This document shows positions 54,505-64,000 of a stretch of 64,000 bases of DNA, in pieces. Under the pieces are notes generated by a model that was not told where the DNA came from, searched no databases, and saw nothing but the letters and a program-made list of their open reading frames with translations. Location of the stretch: contig CAVRJY010000001.1 of NCBI GenBank assembly GCA_963721805.1, positions 224,001 to 288,000 of the forward strand, in the 5' to 3' direction. How positions within the stretch are numbered: position 1 is the stretch's first letter; each line of letters begins with the position of its first letter. The stretch is from Nitrospirota bacterium (GTDB lineage Bacteria > Nitrospirota > Thermodesulfovibrionia > Thermodesulfovibrionales > JdFR-86). Position numbers and translations under genes: made by a program.

Positions 54505-54915
54505 ATGTTGATGCCAAAGAAGGTCAAGTTCCGCAAGATGATGAAGGGCAACATGAACGGCAAGGCCTACACCGGCGCCGAGATGTCTTACGGCGAGTTC
54601 GGCATAAAGGCCATGGAGCCCGGATGGGTGACCAGCCGCCAGATAGAGGCCGCGCGTATCGCGATCAACCGCCACGTCAAGCGAGGATGCAAGGTCTGGA
54701 TCCGGATATTCCCGGACAAGCCGATCACCAAGAAGCCTGCCGAGACCCGTATGGGCAAGGGCAAGGGCGCCCCGGAGTACTGGGTGGCGGTCGTCAGGCC
54801 CGGACGCATAATGTACGAGATGGCCGGGGCCTCCGAGGACATATCGCTCGAAGCCCTGCGCCTGGCGACATACAAGCTGCCGATCAGGACCAGAATAATA
54901 AAGAGGGAGGGCTAG
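54505..54915 (+). CDS. rplP: 50S ribosomal protein L16
   Basis: [15 protein letters not shown]. Confidence 0.98.
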   Translation: MLMPKKVKFRKMMKGNMNGKAYTGAEMSYGEFGIKAMEPGWVTSRQIEAARIAINRHVKRGCKVWIRIFPDKPITKKPAETRMGKGKGAPEYWVAVVRPGRIMYEMAGASEDISLEALRLATYKLPIRTRIIKREG

Positions 54916-54920
54916 AGACA

Positions 54921-55121
54921 ATGAAAGCAGCAGAGCTTAAGGACCTCTCGCCCGAGGCCCTCGCCGAGAAGGAAAATGACCTCCGCAGGGAGCTGTTCAA
55001 CCTGAGATTCCAGAGGTCGACTGGCGAGATCCAGAACCCGATGCGCATCCGCGCCGTACGCAAGGACATCGCCAGGGTGCTGACCGCCGTCACCGCAAAC
55101 GCGAGCAAGGGGAAGGGCTGA
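54921..55121 (+). CDS. rpmC: 50S ribosomal protein L29
   Basis: [18 protein letters not shown]. Confidence 0.96.
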   Translation: MKAAELKDLSPEALAEKENDLRRELFNLRFQRSTGEIQNPMRIRAVRKDIARVLTAVTANASKGKG

Positions 55122-55128
55122 GATAGAG

Positions 55129-55371
55129 ATGGCCAAGAAGGAATACACTGGGAAAGTCCTCAGCGACAAGATGGACAAGACGGTAGTGGTGGGCGTCTCA
55201 AGGCTCTACCAGCACCCGGCTTACAAGAAGATCGTCAAGAGGCTGATAAAGCTCAAGGCCCACGACGAGGGCAACGAGTGCAAGGCCGGCGATACGGTCT
55301 CGATAGTGGAATCAAGGCCGCTCAGCAAGGAAAAGCGGTGGGTAGTCCTGAAGATAATAGAGAGGGGATAG
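55129..55371 (+). CDS. rpsQ: 30S ribosomal protein S17
   Basis: [21 protein letters not shown]. Confidence 0.98.
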   Translation: MAKKEYTGKVLSDKMDKTVVVGVSRLYQHPAYKKIVKRLIKLKAHDEGNECKAGDTVSIVESRPLSKEKRWVVLKIIERG

Positions 55372-55378
55372 CCAGGCC

Positions 55379-55747
55379 ATGATCCAACAGATGAGCAGGC
55401 TTGACGTCGCCGATAATTCCGGCGCAAAGAAGGTAATGTGCATCAAGGTCCTGGGGGGCTCGCGCAAGCGTTACGCCCGCCTCGGGGACATCATAGTGGT
55501 GTCGGTCAAAGAGGCCGATCCGGACGGCACCGTGAAGAAGGGCGCCAAGGCCAAGGCCGTCGTGGTGCGCACGCGCAAGGAGACCCGCAGGGCGGACGGC
55601 TCCTACATAAGGTTCGACAACAACGCCGTCGTGCTCGTAACCGCCGACCGCGAGCCTGTCGGCACCCGCATATTCGGCCCCGTGGCCAGAGAGCTGCGCT
55701 GGAAGGAATTCATGAAGATCATATCACTTGCGCCGGAGGTTCTGTAG
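55379..55747 (+). CDS. rplN: 50S ribosomal protein L14
   Basis: [20 protein letters not shown]. Confidence 0.99.
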   Translation: MIQQMSRLDVADNSGAKKVMCIKVLGGSRKRYARLGDIIVVSVKEADPDGTVKKGAKAKAVVVRTRKETRRADGSYIRFDNNAVVLVTADREPVGTRIFGPVARELRWKEFMKIISLAPEVL

Positions 55748-55748
55748 C

Positions 55749-56063
55749 ATGGGACTGGGGCTTAAGAAAGAAGACACGGTCGTAGTCACGACCGGCAGGG
55801 AGAAGGGCAAGAAGGGCCGCGTGCTGCAGGTCACAAAGGGGCGCGTGCTGATCGAGAAGATCAACATCATAAAGAAGCACATGAAGCCCAACCAGATCAA
55901 CCAGCAGGGCGGGATTATCGAGAAGGAGGCACCGGTGCACGTCTCAAACGTGAGGCTGGTATGCCCCAAGTGCGACAAGCCCACCCGCATCGGCAACCTG
56001 GAACTCGGCGACGGCCGCAAGGTGCGCGTCTGCATGAAGTGCAAGGAGGTCATGGACCGCTGA
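55749..56063 (+). CDS. rplX: 50S ribosomal protein L24
   Basis: [17 protein letters not shown]. Confidence 0.97.
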   Translation: MGLGLKKEDTVVVTTGREKGKKGRVLQVTKGRVLIEKINIIKKHMKPNQINQQGGIIEKEAPVHVSNVRLVCPKCDKPTRIGNLELGDGRKVRVCMKCKEVMDR

Positions 56064-56608
56064 TGGCAACTCCAAGGATGAAAGAGAAATACGTGAGCGC
56101 GGCAGTCCCGGCGCTCCAGACCGAGTTCGGCTACAAGAGCCCGATGCAGGTGCCGCGCATACAGAAGATAGTGCTCAACGTGGGCCTCGGCGAGGCCGTG
56201 CAGAACGTAAAGCTCCTCGACGCCGTGCAGAAGGAGCTGGCCGCCATAACCGGGCAGAAGCCCGTGGTCACGAAGGCCAAGAAGGCGATCGCCGGTTTCA
56301 AGCTCAGAAAAGGGCTGCCGATCGGCTGCATGGTGACGCTCCGCGGGGCGCGGATGTACGAGTTCCTCGACAGGCTCATCAGCCTCGCGCTTCCGCGCAT
56401 CAGGGACTTCCGCGGCATACCCAGGAAGTCCTTCGACGGCAACGGCAACTACGCCCTTGGGCTCAAGGAGCAGTTCCTGTTTCCGGAGATCAATCCCGAT
56501 AAGGTCGAACTCGTCCATGGCATGGACGTCGTGATATGCACGTCCGCGAGGACGGACCAAGAGGCGAGGGCGCTCCTGACTCACATGGGAATGCCTTTCG
56601 TAAACTGA
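56063..56608 (+). CDS. rplE: 50S ribosomal protein L5
   Basis: [15 protein letters not shown]. Confidence 0.98.
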   Translation: MATPRMKEKYVSAAVPALQTEFGYKSPMQVPRIQKIVLNVGLGEAVQNVKLLDAVQKELAAITGQKPVVTKAKKAIAGFKLRKGLPIGCMVTLRGARMYEFLDRLISLALPRIRDFRGIPRKSFDGNGNYALGLKEQFLFPEINPDKVELVHGMDVVICTSARTDQEARALLTHMGMPFVN

Positions 56609-56621
56609 AGGAGTACGGACT

Positions 56622-56807
56622 GTGGCCAAGAAGTGCATGATGATCAAGGCGAGTCGTGAACCCAAGTTCGGGGTTCGGGCGTCGAACAGGTGCAGGCTCT
56701 GCGGGAGACCGAGGGGCTACATGCGGAAGTTCGGTATTTGCAGGATCTGCTTCCGCAATCTGGCCCTTAAGGGACAGATACCGGGCGTAACGAAATCAAG
56801 CTGGTAG
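56622..56807 (+). CDS. rpsZ: 30S ribosomal protein S14, Zn-binding type
   Basis: 61 aa, CRLCGR...CRIC. Confidence 0.96.
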   Translation: MAKKCMMIKASREPKFGVRASNRCRLCGRPRGYMRKFGICRICFRNLALKGQIPGVTKSSW

Positions 56808-56821
56808 GGGTGGCATAGACT

Positions 56822-57214
56822 ATGTGGAGCGATACGATCGCGGACATGCTTACTAGGATCAGGAACGCGGCGCGCATGAAGGCCGACAAGGTCGACATAC
56901 CGGCGTCGAGGATGAAGCTGGAGATCGCCAAGATCCTGAAGGAAGAGGGCTTTATCCGCGCCTACAAGATAATCAAGTACAAGAAGCAGGGCATCCTCAG
57001 GGTGAACCTCAAGTACGTCGAAGAGACATGCGTGATCAGCGGGCTTAAGAAGATCAGCAAGGGCGGCCGCCGCGTCTACGTCGGCTGCAAGGAGATCCCG
57101 AAGGTCCAGGGCGGCGTCGGCATATCGATCCTCTCGACCCCCCGCGGCGTCCTGAGCGACCGCACCTGCAAGACCGAAAACGTGGGCGGCGAGCTCATCT
57201 GCACGGTCTGGTAA
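56822..57214 (+). CDS. rpsH: 30S ribosomal protein S8
   Basis: IADMLTRIRNA, ILSTPRG. Confidence 0.98.
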   Translation: MWSDTIADMLTRIRNAARMKADKVDIPASRMKLEIAKILKEEGFIRAYKIIKYKKQGILRVNLKYVEETCVISGLKKISKGGRRVYVGCKEIPKVQGGVGISILSTPRGVLSDRTCKTENVGGELICTVW

Positions 57215-57224
57215 GGGAGACGAC

Positions 57225-57767
57225 ATGTCAAGGATAGGCAAGAAACCGATAGAGCTGCCCAAGGGCGTGGACATAAAGATCGACGGCCGCAACATCTCCG
57301 TGAAGGGCCCTAAGGGCTCCCTCTCGTGGGAGCACCCCGAGCGCCTGAGCGTCAAGGTCGACGCCGGGGTCATGACGGTCGAGCGCGCCGACGAGACGAA
57401 GCAGGTCCGCGCTCTGCACGGGCTTTCAAGGAGCCTTCTTAACAACATGGTCCTCGGCGTATCGGCCGGCTACCAGAGGGTGATGGAGCTGGTAGGCGTC
57501 GGGCTTCGCGCCACGGCCGTCCCCGGCAAGCTTAACCTCGCGCTCGGCTTTTCGCACCCGGTGGAGTTTAACCTCCCCGACGGCGTCACGGCCGAGGTCG
57601 ACAAGAAGCAGACCACGATCACGCTAAACGGCATCGACAAGCAGAAGCTCGGGCAGACGGTCGCGGACTTGCGGTCCCTCAGGCCGCCCGATGCGTACAA
57701 GGGCAAGGGCATCAGGAACCAGGGCGAGCGCATCAAGCTCAAAGCCGGCAAGTCTTCGAAGAAGTAA
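57225..57767 (+). CDS. rplF: 50S ribosomal protein L6
   Basis: MSRIGKKP, RPPDAYKGKG. Confidence 0.98.
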   Translation: MSRIGKKPIELPKGVDIKIDGRNISVKGPKGSLSWEHPERLSVKVDAGVMTVERADETKQVRALHGLSRSLLNNMVLGVSAGYQRVMELVGVGLRATAVPGKLNLALGFSHPVEFNLPDGVTAEVDKKQTTITLNGIDKQKLGQTVADLRSLRPPDAYKGKGIRNQGERIKLKAGKSSKK

Positions 57768-57794
57768 TTATAAACAGGAGGCGTAGAAAACAAA

Positions 57795-58160
57795 GTGGCT
57801 TCCAAGATTGACATATCCCGCCAGAGGCGGCACGACAGGCTCCGCAAGAAGGTGAAGGGCGACCCCGAGAGGCCGCGCCTTTGCGTCTACAGGACCGCCT
57901 CGAACATTTACGCACAGATAATCGACGACACCAAGGGCAGCACCCTCGTGGCGGCATCGACCGTCGCGAAGGAGTTCACCGGGGACTATAAGGGCCACAA
58001 GGGCAACGTCGCGGCCGCCAAGCGCGCGGGCGAGCTGATAGGCAAGAAGGCGCTCGCCGCCGGGATCAAGAAGGTAGTGTTCGACCGCGGCGGCTATCCG
58101 TACCATGGCAGGATCAAGGCCCTGGCCGACGCAGCCCGCGAGGCCGGGCTGGATTTCTAG
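57795..58160 (+). CDS. rplR: 50S ribosomal protein L18
   Basis: [21 protein letters not shown]. Confidence 0.98.
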   Translation: MASKIDISRQRRHDRLRKKVKGDPERPRLCVYRTASNIYAQIIDDTKGSTLVAASTVAKEFTGDYKGHKGNVAAAKRAGELIGKKALAAGIKKVVFDRGGYPYHGRIKALADAAREAGLDF

Positions 58161-58193
58161 ACGATGATCACTGGGACAAAAACAGGAGGCGTA

Positions 58194-58742
58194 GTGGGAA
58201 AGATCGACCCCGAAGGGCTGACGCTAAAGGACAAGGTGGTTTTCATTAACAGGGTTGCCAAGGTCGTCAAGGGCGGCCGGAGGTTCTCCTTCAGCGCGCT
58301 GGTAGTGGTCGGAGACGGCGCAGGCACGGTAGGGATGGGCAAGGGCAAGGCGACCGAAGTGCCCGAGGCCATCAGGAAGGCCGTCGAACAGGCCCGCAAG
58401 TCGCTCTTGAAATTCCCCCTGAGGGAGGGCACTGTCCCCCACCAGACGATAGGAAAATACAGCGCAGGCATTGTGATTATCAACCCGGCCGTCAAGGGCA
58501 CCGGCATAATCGCAGGCGGCGCGGTCCGCGCGATATTCGAGGTCAGCGGCCTGCAGGACGTCGTGGCCAAGAGCCTCGGGGGCCACAACCCCTTCAACAC
58601 CGTGCGCGCCACCCTCGACGGGCTCATGAAGCTCCGCGACCCCGAGGCAGTCCTGAAGCTCAGGGGCAGGGGCGAGGGCGAAGAGGCAGCAGCAGTAGCA
58701 GTTGCGGCGGCTCCGGCGGCCGCACCGGCCGAAAAGGCCTAG
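58194..58742 (+). CDS. rpsE: 30S ribosomal protein S5
   Basis: [19 protein letters not shown]. Confidence 0.98.
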   Translation: MGKIDPEGLTLKDKVVFINRVAKVVKGGRRFSFSALVVVGDGAGTVGMGKGKATEVPEAIRKAVEQARKSLLKFPLREGTVPHQTIGKYSAGIVIINPAVKGTGIIAGGAVRAIFEVSGLQDVVAKSLGGHNPFNTVRATLDGLMKLRDPEAVLKLRGRGEGEEAAAVAVAAAPAAAPAEKA

Positions 58743-58771
58743 TTTTTTAAAATTACGGGAGAACGCAGACA

Positions 58772-59209
58772 GTGAACATAACTGATATAAAGCCTGCAAA
58801 GGGAAGCAATAAAGCACCGAAGCGCGTAGGGCGGGGCTTCGGCTCCGGCCACGGCAAGACCTCGTGCAAGGGCCACAAGGGACAGAAGGCCCGCTCGGGC
58901 GGCAGCATACCGCCGGGGTTCGAGGGCGGGCAGATGCCGATGCAGCGCCGCCTCCCGAAGCGCGGCTTCACGAGCACCTTCGGCACCGAGCTCGCGATCA
59001 TCAACCTCTCGGACATCGAGCGGAGCGGCCTGACGGTCGTCGACCCCGAGACGCTCATCCAGAAGGGCATGCTCAAGAGCCTCCTGGACGGGCTCAAGGT
59101 TTTGGGCACCGGCACGCTGAGCCGCGCCGTAACGGTCAGGGCCAGCGCCTTCAGCGCCTCGGCCGCCGAGAAGATCAAGAACGCTGGCGGAAGCGCCGAG
59201 GTCATATAG
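58772..59209 (+). CDS. rplO: 50S ribosomal protein L15
   Basis: GRGFGSGHGKT, GFEGGQMP. Confidence 0.98.
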   Translation: MNITDIKPAKGSNKAPKRVGRGFGSGHGKTSCKGHKGQKARSGGSIPPGFEGGQMPMQRRLPKRGFTSTFGTELAIINLSDIERSGLTVVDPETLIQKGMLKSLLDGLKVLGTGTLSRAVTVRASAFSASAAEKIKNAGGSAEVI

Positions 59210-60514
<1,305 letters not shown>

Positions 60515-60565
60515 CCCCGGCATGCAACGCGCTATGGCCGCCTCAGCGGGGTCGCTCGCGGACTG

Positions 60566-61327
60566 ATGATATTCGTCAAGTCCGAAGACGAAATCAAGCG
60601 GATGGCCGAGGCCTGTGAGATCACGGCCGAGGTCCTCGAAGAATTAAGAGGGGCCGTGGCCCCTGGGATCACGACCGCGGACCTTGAGCGGATCGCCAGC
60701 GACGGGATACTCCGCCGCGGGGGAGTACCGGCCTTCAAGGGCTACCGGGGATACCCGGCATGCATATGCGCGTCGGTCAACTCCGAGGTCATACACGGCA
60801 TCCCCTCCGAGCGGACGAGGCTTAAAGAAGGCGACATAATAGGGATCGACCTTGGGGTCAACTACAAGGGCTACTTCGGCGATTCCGCGATAACGGTGGC
60901 GGTGGGCGCGATATCCCCCGAGGCCCAGAAGCTCATGAGGGTCACGGAGGAGTCGCTTTACGCAGGCATAAAGATGGCGCGCGACGGAGGGCGAGTCTCG
61001 GACATCTCGCACGCAGTGCAGTCCTACGTCGAGGCGCACGGGTTCTCCGTGGTCCGGAGCTTCGTGGGGCACGGCATCGGCAAATCGATGCACGAGGACC
61101 CGCAGGTCCCGAATTACGGCCTGCCGGGCCGGGGGCCGAGGCTCAAGCGCGGCATGACGATCGCGATAGAGCCGATGGTCAACGCCGGCCGCAGCGAGGT
61201 CAAGGTGCTAGAGGACGGCTGGACGGCGGTGACCGTCGATGGGAGCCTCTCGGCCCACTTCGAGCACACCGTGGCCATAACCGCGGACGAGCCGGTGATA
61301 CTTACGAGGGTCGCGGCGAGGGCCTGA
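60566..61327 (+). CDS. map: Methionine aminopeptidase type I
   Basis: VIHGIP, GHGIG, AIEPM, SAHFEHT. Confidence 0.97.
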   Translation: MIFVKSEDEIKRMAEACEITAEVLEELRGAVAPGITTADLERIASDGILRRGGVPAFKGYRGYPACICASVNSEVIHGIPSERTRLKEGDIIGIDLGVNYKGYFGDSAITVAVGAISPEAQKLMRVTEESLYAGIKMARDGGRVSDISHAVQSYVEAHGFSVVRSFVGHGIGKSMHEDPQVPNYGLPGRGPRLKRGMTIAIEPMVNAGRSEVKVLEDGWTAVTVDGSLSAHFEHTVAITADEPVILTRVAARA

Positions 61328-61484
61328 CCACGGCGCAGCGGGCTGTATGCGGGCCATGGGTGGCGGCGCCGGGCGTTAAGTTTGCGGTGGATGATGTTTC
61401 AGCGATGGGCAGCCGGGCTGCGCCAGCGAGGCCTGGGAGTGTACGGGCCGAGCTGTAATAAGGGGCGCGTGAAATGCGCCTATC

Positions 61485-61514
61485 TTGACGGAAAGGTATT
61501 AATTTATATATAAT
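61485..61514 (+). promoter_or_regulatory. Promoter upstream of infA
   Basis: TTGACG-N18-TATAAT, ending 10 nt before the infA ATG. Confidence 0.6.
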
Positions 61515-61524
61515 TAGCGGTTAA

Positions 61525-61743
61525 ATGTCAAAAGAAGACACAATAGAGCTTAACGGTACGATCGTAGAGACCCTGCCGAACGCGCAGTTCAAGGTCGAGC
61601 TTGAGAGCGGGCAGGTGATACTGGCATACATATCCGGCAAGATGAGGATGAACTTCATCAAGATCCTGCCGGGCGACAGCGTTTTAGTGGAAATGTCCCC
61701 TTATGACCTCACCAAGGGGCGGATAACATACAGGTACAAGTAG
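61525..61743 (+). CDS. infA: Translation initiation factor IF-1
   Basis: [26 protein letters not shown]. Confidence 0.98.
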   Translation: MSKEDTIELNGTIVETLPNAQFKVELESGQVILAYISGKMRMNFIKILPGDSVLVEMSPYDLTKGRITYRYK

Positions 61744-61756
61744 AAGGAGACGGCAG

Positions 61757-61870
61757 ATGAAGGTACGTTCGTCGGTTAAGGCAATATGCCCCAAATGCAA
61801 GGTGATCAAGCGCAAGGGTGTCGTGCGCGTGATTTGCGAAAACGCGCGCCACAAGCAGCGTCAGGGATAG
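61757..61870 (+). CDS. rpmJ: 50S ribosomal protein L36 (absent from the ORF track)
   Basis: Manual translation: [37 protein letters not shown]. Confidence 0.97.
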   Translation: MKVRSSVKAICPKCKVIKRKGVVRVICENARHKQRQG

Positions 61871-61891
61871 AAAGGGAGACAGGCAAACACT

Positions 61892-62260
61892 ATGGCCAGA
61901 ATCGCGGGCGTTGATTTACCCAAGAACGAGCGCGTCGAGATCGGGCTTACGAGGATATACGGCATAGGCCGCACGGCCTCGCTCAAGATCCTCACCGAGT
62001 CCGGCATAGATACAAACATCAGGGTCAAGGACCTCACGGACGACCAGATCCTGAAGATACGTACGATCATCGAGCGCGACCACAAGGTCGAGGGCGACAA
62101 GCGCCGCGAGCTCGCGAACGACGTTAAGCGCCTTATGGACATAGGTTGCTACCGCGGGCTCAGGCACCGCAGCGGCCTCCCGGTACGCGGGCAGCGGACC
62201 AAGACCAACGCACGCACCCGCAAGGGGCCGCGCAAGGTCGTCACGGGCAAGAAGAAATAA
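61892..62260 (+). CDS. rpsM: 30S ribosomal protein S13
   Basis: [24 protein letters not shown]. Confidence 0.99.
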   Translation: MARIAGVDLPKNERVEIGLTRIYGIGRTASLKILTESGIDTNIRVKDLTDDQILKIRTIIERDHKVEGDKRRELANDVKRLMDIGCYRGLRHRSGLPVRGQRTKTNARTRKGPRKVVTGKKK

Positions 62261-62275
62261 AATGAGGGACGGTAG

Positions 62276-62668
62276 ATGACAGTAAAGAAGAAAAGCAGCA
62301 AGGGGAAGCGCGAGAAGAAGAACATCGCCACGGGCTCGGCCCACATACAGGCGTCGTTCAATAACACCATCGTGTCGATAACCGACCCGATGGGCAATGT
62401 CGTCTCATGGTGCAGCGCCGGACAGATGGGCTTTAAGGGCTCCCGCAAGGGCACGCTCTACGCGGCCCAGATGGCGGCCGACGCCGCCGCCAAGCGCGCG
62501 ACCGAGCACGGCATGAGGCAGGTCGACGTATACATCAAGGGTCCGGGCTCCGGCCGCGAAAGCGCGATCCGCGCGCTTCAGGCCGCGGGGCTTGAGGTCA
62601 CGATGATCAAGGACGTCACCCCCGTTCCCCATAACGGCTGCCGCCCGCCTAAAAGGAGAAGGGTGTAG
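62276..62668 (+). CDS. rpsK: 30S ribosomal protein S11
   Basis: [26 protein letters not shown]. Confidence 0.99.
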   Translation: MTVKKKSSKGKREKKNIATGSAHIQASFNNTIVSITDPMGNVVSWCSAGQMGFKGSRKGTLYAAQMAADAAAKRATEHGMRQVDVYIKGPGSGRESAIRALQAAGLEVTMIKDVTPVPHNGCRPPKRRRV

Positions 62669-62670
62669 CC

Positions 62671-63297
62671 ATGGCAAGATATAGAGAAGCCATATGCAGG
62701 CAGTGCCGCCGCGAGGGCGAGAAGCTCTTCCTCAAGGGCGACAGGTGTTTTACCGAGAAATGCGCTGTGGAGCGCCGCAAGTACCCGCCCGGGCAGCATG
62801 GCCAGAGGCGCGGGAAGCTCTCCGACTATGGCATACAGCTGCGCGAGAAGCAGAAGGTGCGCAACAGCTACAGCGTCCTGGAGAAGCAGTTTAAGAAGTA
62901 CTTCTTCATCGCCGAGGGCAAGAAGGGCGTCACGGGCGAGGTCCTGCTCCAGCTCCTGGAGCTCAGGCTCGACAACGTAGTGTTCCGCATGGGCTTTGCG
63001 GCCAACCGCCGCCAGGGCCGCCAGCTGGTGGGCCACGGCTTCTTCATCGTAAACGGCGTGCGCGTCACGATACCCTCGTACATCGTCCGCTCCGGTGACG
63101 TCGTCACTCTGAGCGAGACCGGCAAGAAGCTCGCGTCGGTTGGCGACAGCATCGCGAAGGCCGGCCACCGCGGCCTGCCAGCGTGGGTCGAGGTCAACGC
63201 CGCCCAGTTTACGGGCAAGGTCATCCACCTGCCCACGCGCGAGGAGATCGCATTGCCGGCCAACGAACAGCTGATCGTCGAGCTATATTCGCGCTAA
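62671..63297 (+). CDS. rpsD: 30S ribosomal protein S4
   Basis: CRREGEKLFLKG, LELRLDNVVFRMG, EQLIVELYS. Confidence 0.99.
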   Translation: MARYREAICRQCRREGEKLFLKGDRCFTEKCAVERRKYPPGQHGQRRGKLSDYGIQLREKQKVRNSYSVLEKQFKKYFFIAEGKKGVTGEVLLQLLELRLDNVVFRMGFAANRRQGRQLVGHGFFIVNGVRVTIPSYIVRSGDVVTLSETGKKLASVGDSIAKAGHRGLPAWVEVNAAQFTGKVIHLPTREEIALPANEQLIVELYSR

Positions 63298-63384
63298 GCA
63301 TGACACGACCGCCCGCCGCGCTGCGGCTGGCGTTTTTAGATAAGATACGAGAATACATAGAAAGTTTCTTCAAGGAGGTCTTTG

Positions 63385-64000
63385 ATGGACCTGAAAAAAC
63401 GGGGATTCCAGCTTCCCGAGAAGATGAGGTTCGATGAGGATACCCTCACGGACACATACGGCAAGCTCATTGCCGAGCCGCTCGAGCGCGGCTTCGGCAT
63501 AACTATAGGCAACAGCCTCAGGAGGGTTCTGCTCTCCTCAATAGAGGGCGCGGCGGTCACCGCTGTGCGCTTCGGCAGCGTCATGCACGAGTTCACCCCG
63601 ATACCGGGCGTGAAGGAGGACGCGGTCGACATAATCCTCAACGTCAAGGGCCTCGAGTTCGCGATGGACGGGCTGGCGCGCTCCAGGACCGCGACCGTAA
63701 AGGTCAAGGGCCCGGCCGTCGTCACCGGCGCGGACTTCCAGCTCGACCAGGCCGTGAGGCTCCTTAACCCCGAACGCCATGTCGCCACCGTGGACAAGGG
63801 CTCGGTCTTCGAAGGCGAGCTCTACATCGAGAAGGGCACCGGGTACGTCGAGGCCGAGTTCAACATGGACGAGGAGTACCCCGTCGGCGTCATCCCGATC
63901 GACAGCAACTACAGCCCGGTCAAGAAGGTCAATTTCACGGTCGAGAAGGCCCGCGTCGGCCGCTCCACCGACTTCGACAAGCTCATCCTGGAGGTCTGGA
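63385..64000 (+). CDS. rpoA: RNA polymerase alpha subunit (runs off the window)
   Basis: Manual translation: MDLKKRGFQLPEK...EPLERGFGITIGNSLRRVLLSS; AAGGAGG RBS. Confidence 0.98.
   Translation, partial: MDLKKRGFQLPEKMRFDEDTLTDTYGKLIAEPLERGFGITIGNSLRRVLLSSIEGAAVTAVRFGSVMHEFTPIPGVKEDAVDIILNVKGLEFAMDGLARSRTATVKVKGPAVVTGADFQLDQAVRLLNPERHVATVDKGSVFEGELYIEKGTGYVEAEFNMDEEYPVGVIPIDSNYSPVKKVNFTVEKARVGRSTDFDKLILEVW

Noticed and set aside
57772..58194. 15-bp repeat aaacaggaggcgtag before rplR and rpsE
   Set aside because: Explained by a shared Shine-Dalgarno context; too short to support more.

Overview
GC-rich bacterial chromosomal window, most likely Nitrospirota (Thermodesulfovibrionia-like), inferred from the ribosomal protein and RpoA sequences. 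From left to right: (1) a type IV pilus minor-pilin cluster (pilY1 truncated by the window edge, fimT, pilV, pilW, pilX) plus a cadherin/Ig-like lipoprotein; (2) rmuC, a DinG/YoaA helicase, mnmE and an OYE-family oxidoreductase; (3) a surface-modification block (GT2, TMTC-like GT-C/TPR protein, lipoprotein with a Cys-less caspase-like domain, RACo/ASKHA activator, GT2, acyltransferase-3); (4) gatBA, nadC, valS, a RomR-like polarity regulator, and an FmdB zinc-ribbon protein that may be a selenoprotein; (5) AT-richer accessory genes (Fic protein behind a long inverted repeat, pentapeptide-repeat membrane protein next to an iteron-like array, antitoxin with a decayed toxin) interspersed with a minimal orphan secretin and rimI-tsaB; (6) the str-S10-spc-alpha ribosomal superoperon, which lacks rpmD and adk. 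About ten genes, several of them essential, are split by small indels, best explained as long-read consensus errors. The main non-coding signals are a two-copy ~123-bp palindromic element with a compensatory base-pair change, a family of REP-like GC hairpins, and repeated -10 boxes 5-8 nt before start codons, which suggests widespread leaderless mRNAs. No CRISPR array, rRNA, intact tRNA or transposase was seen. All calls are by eye; no database searches were run.
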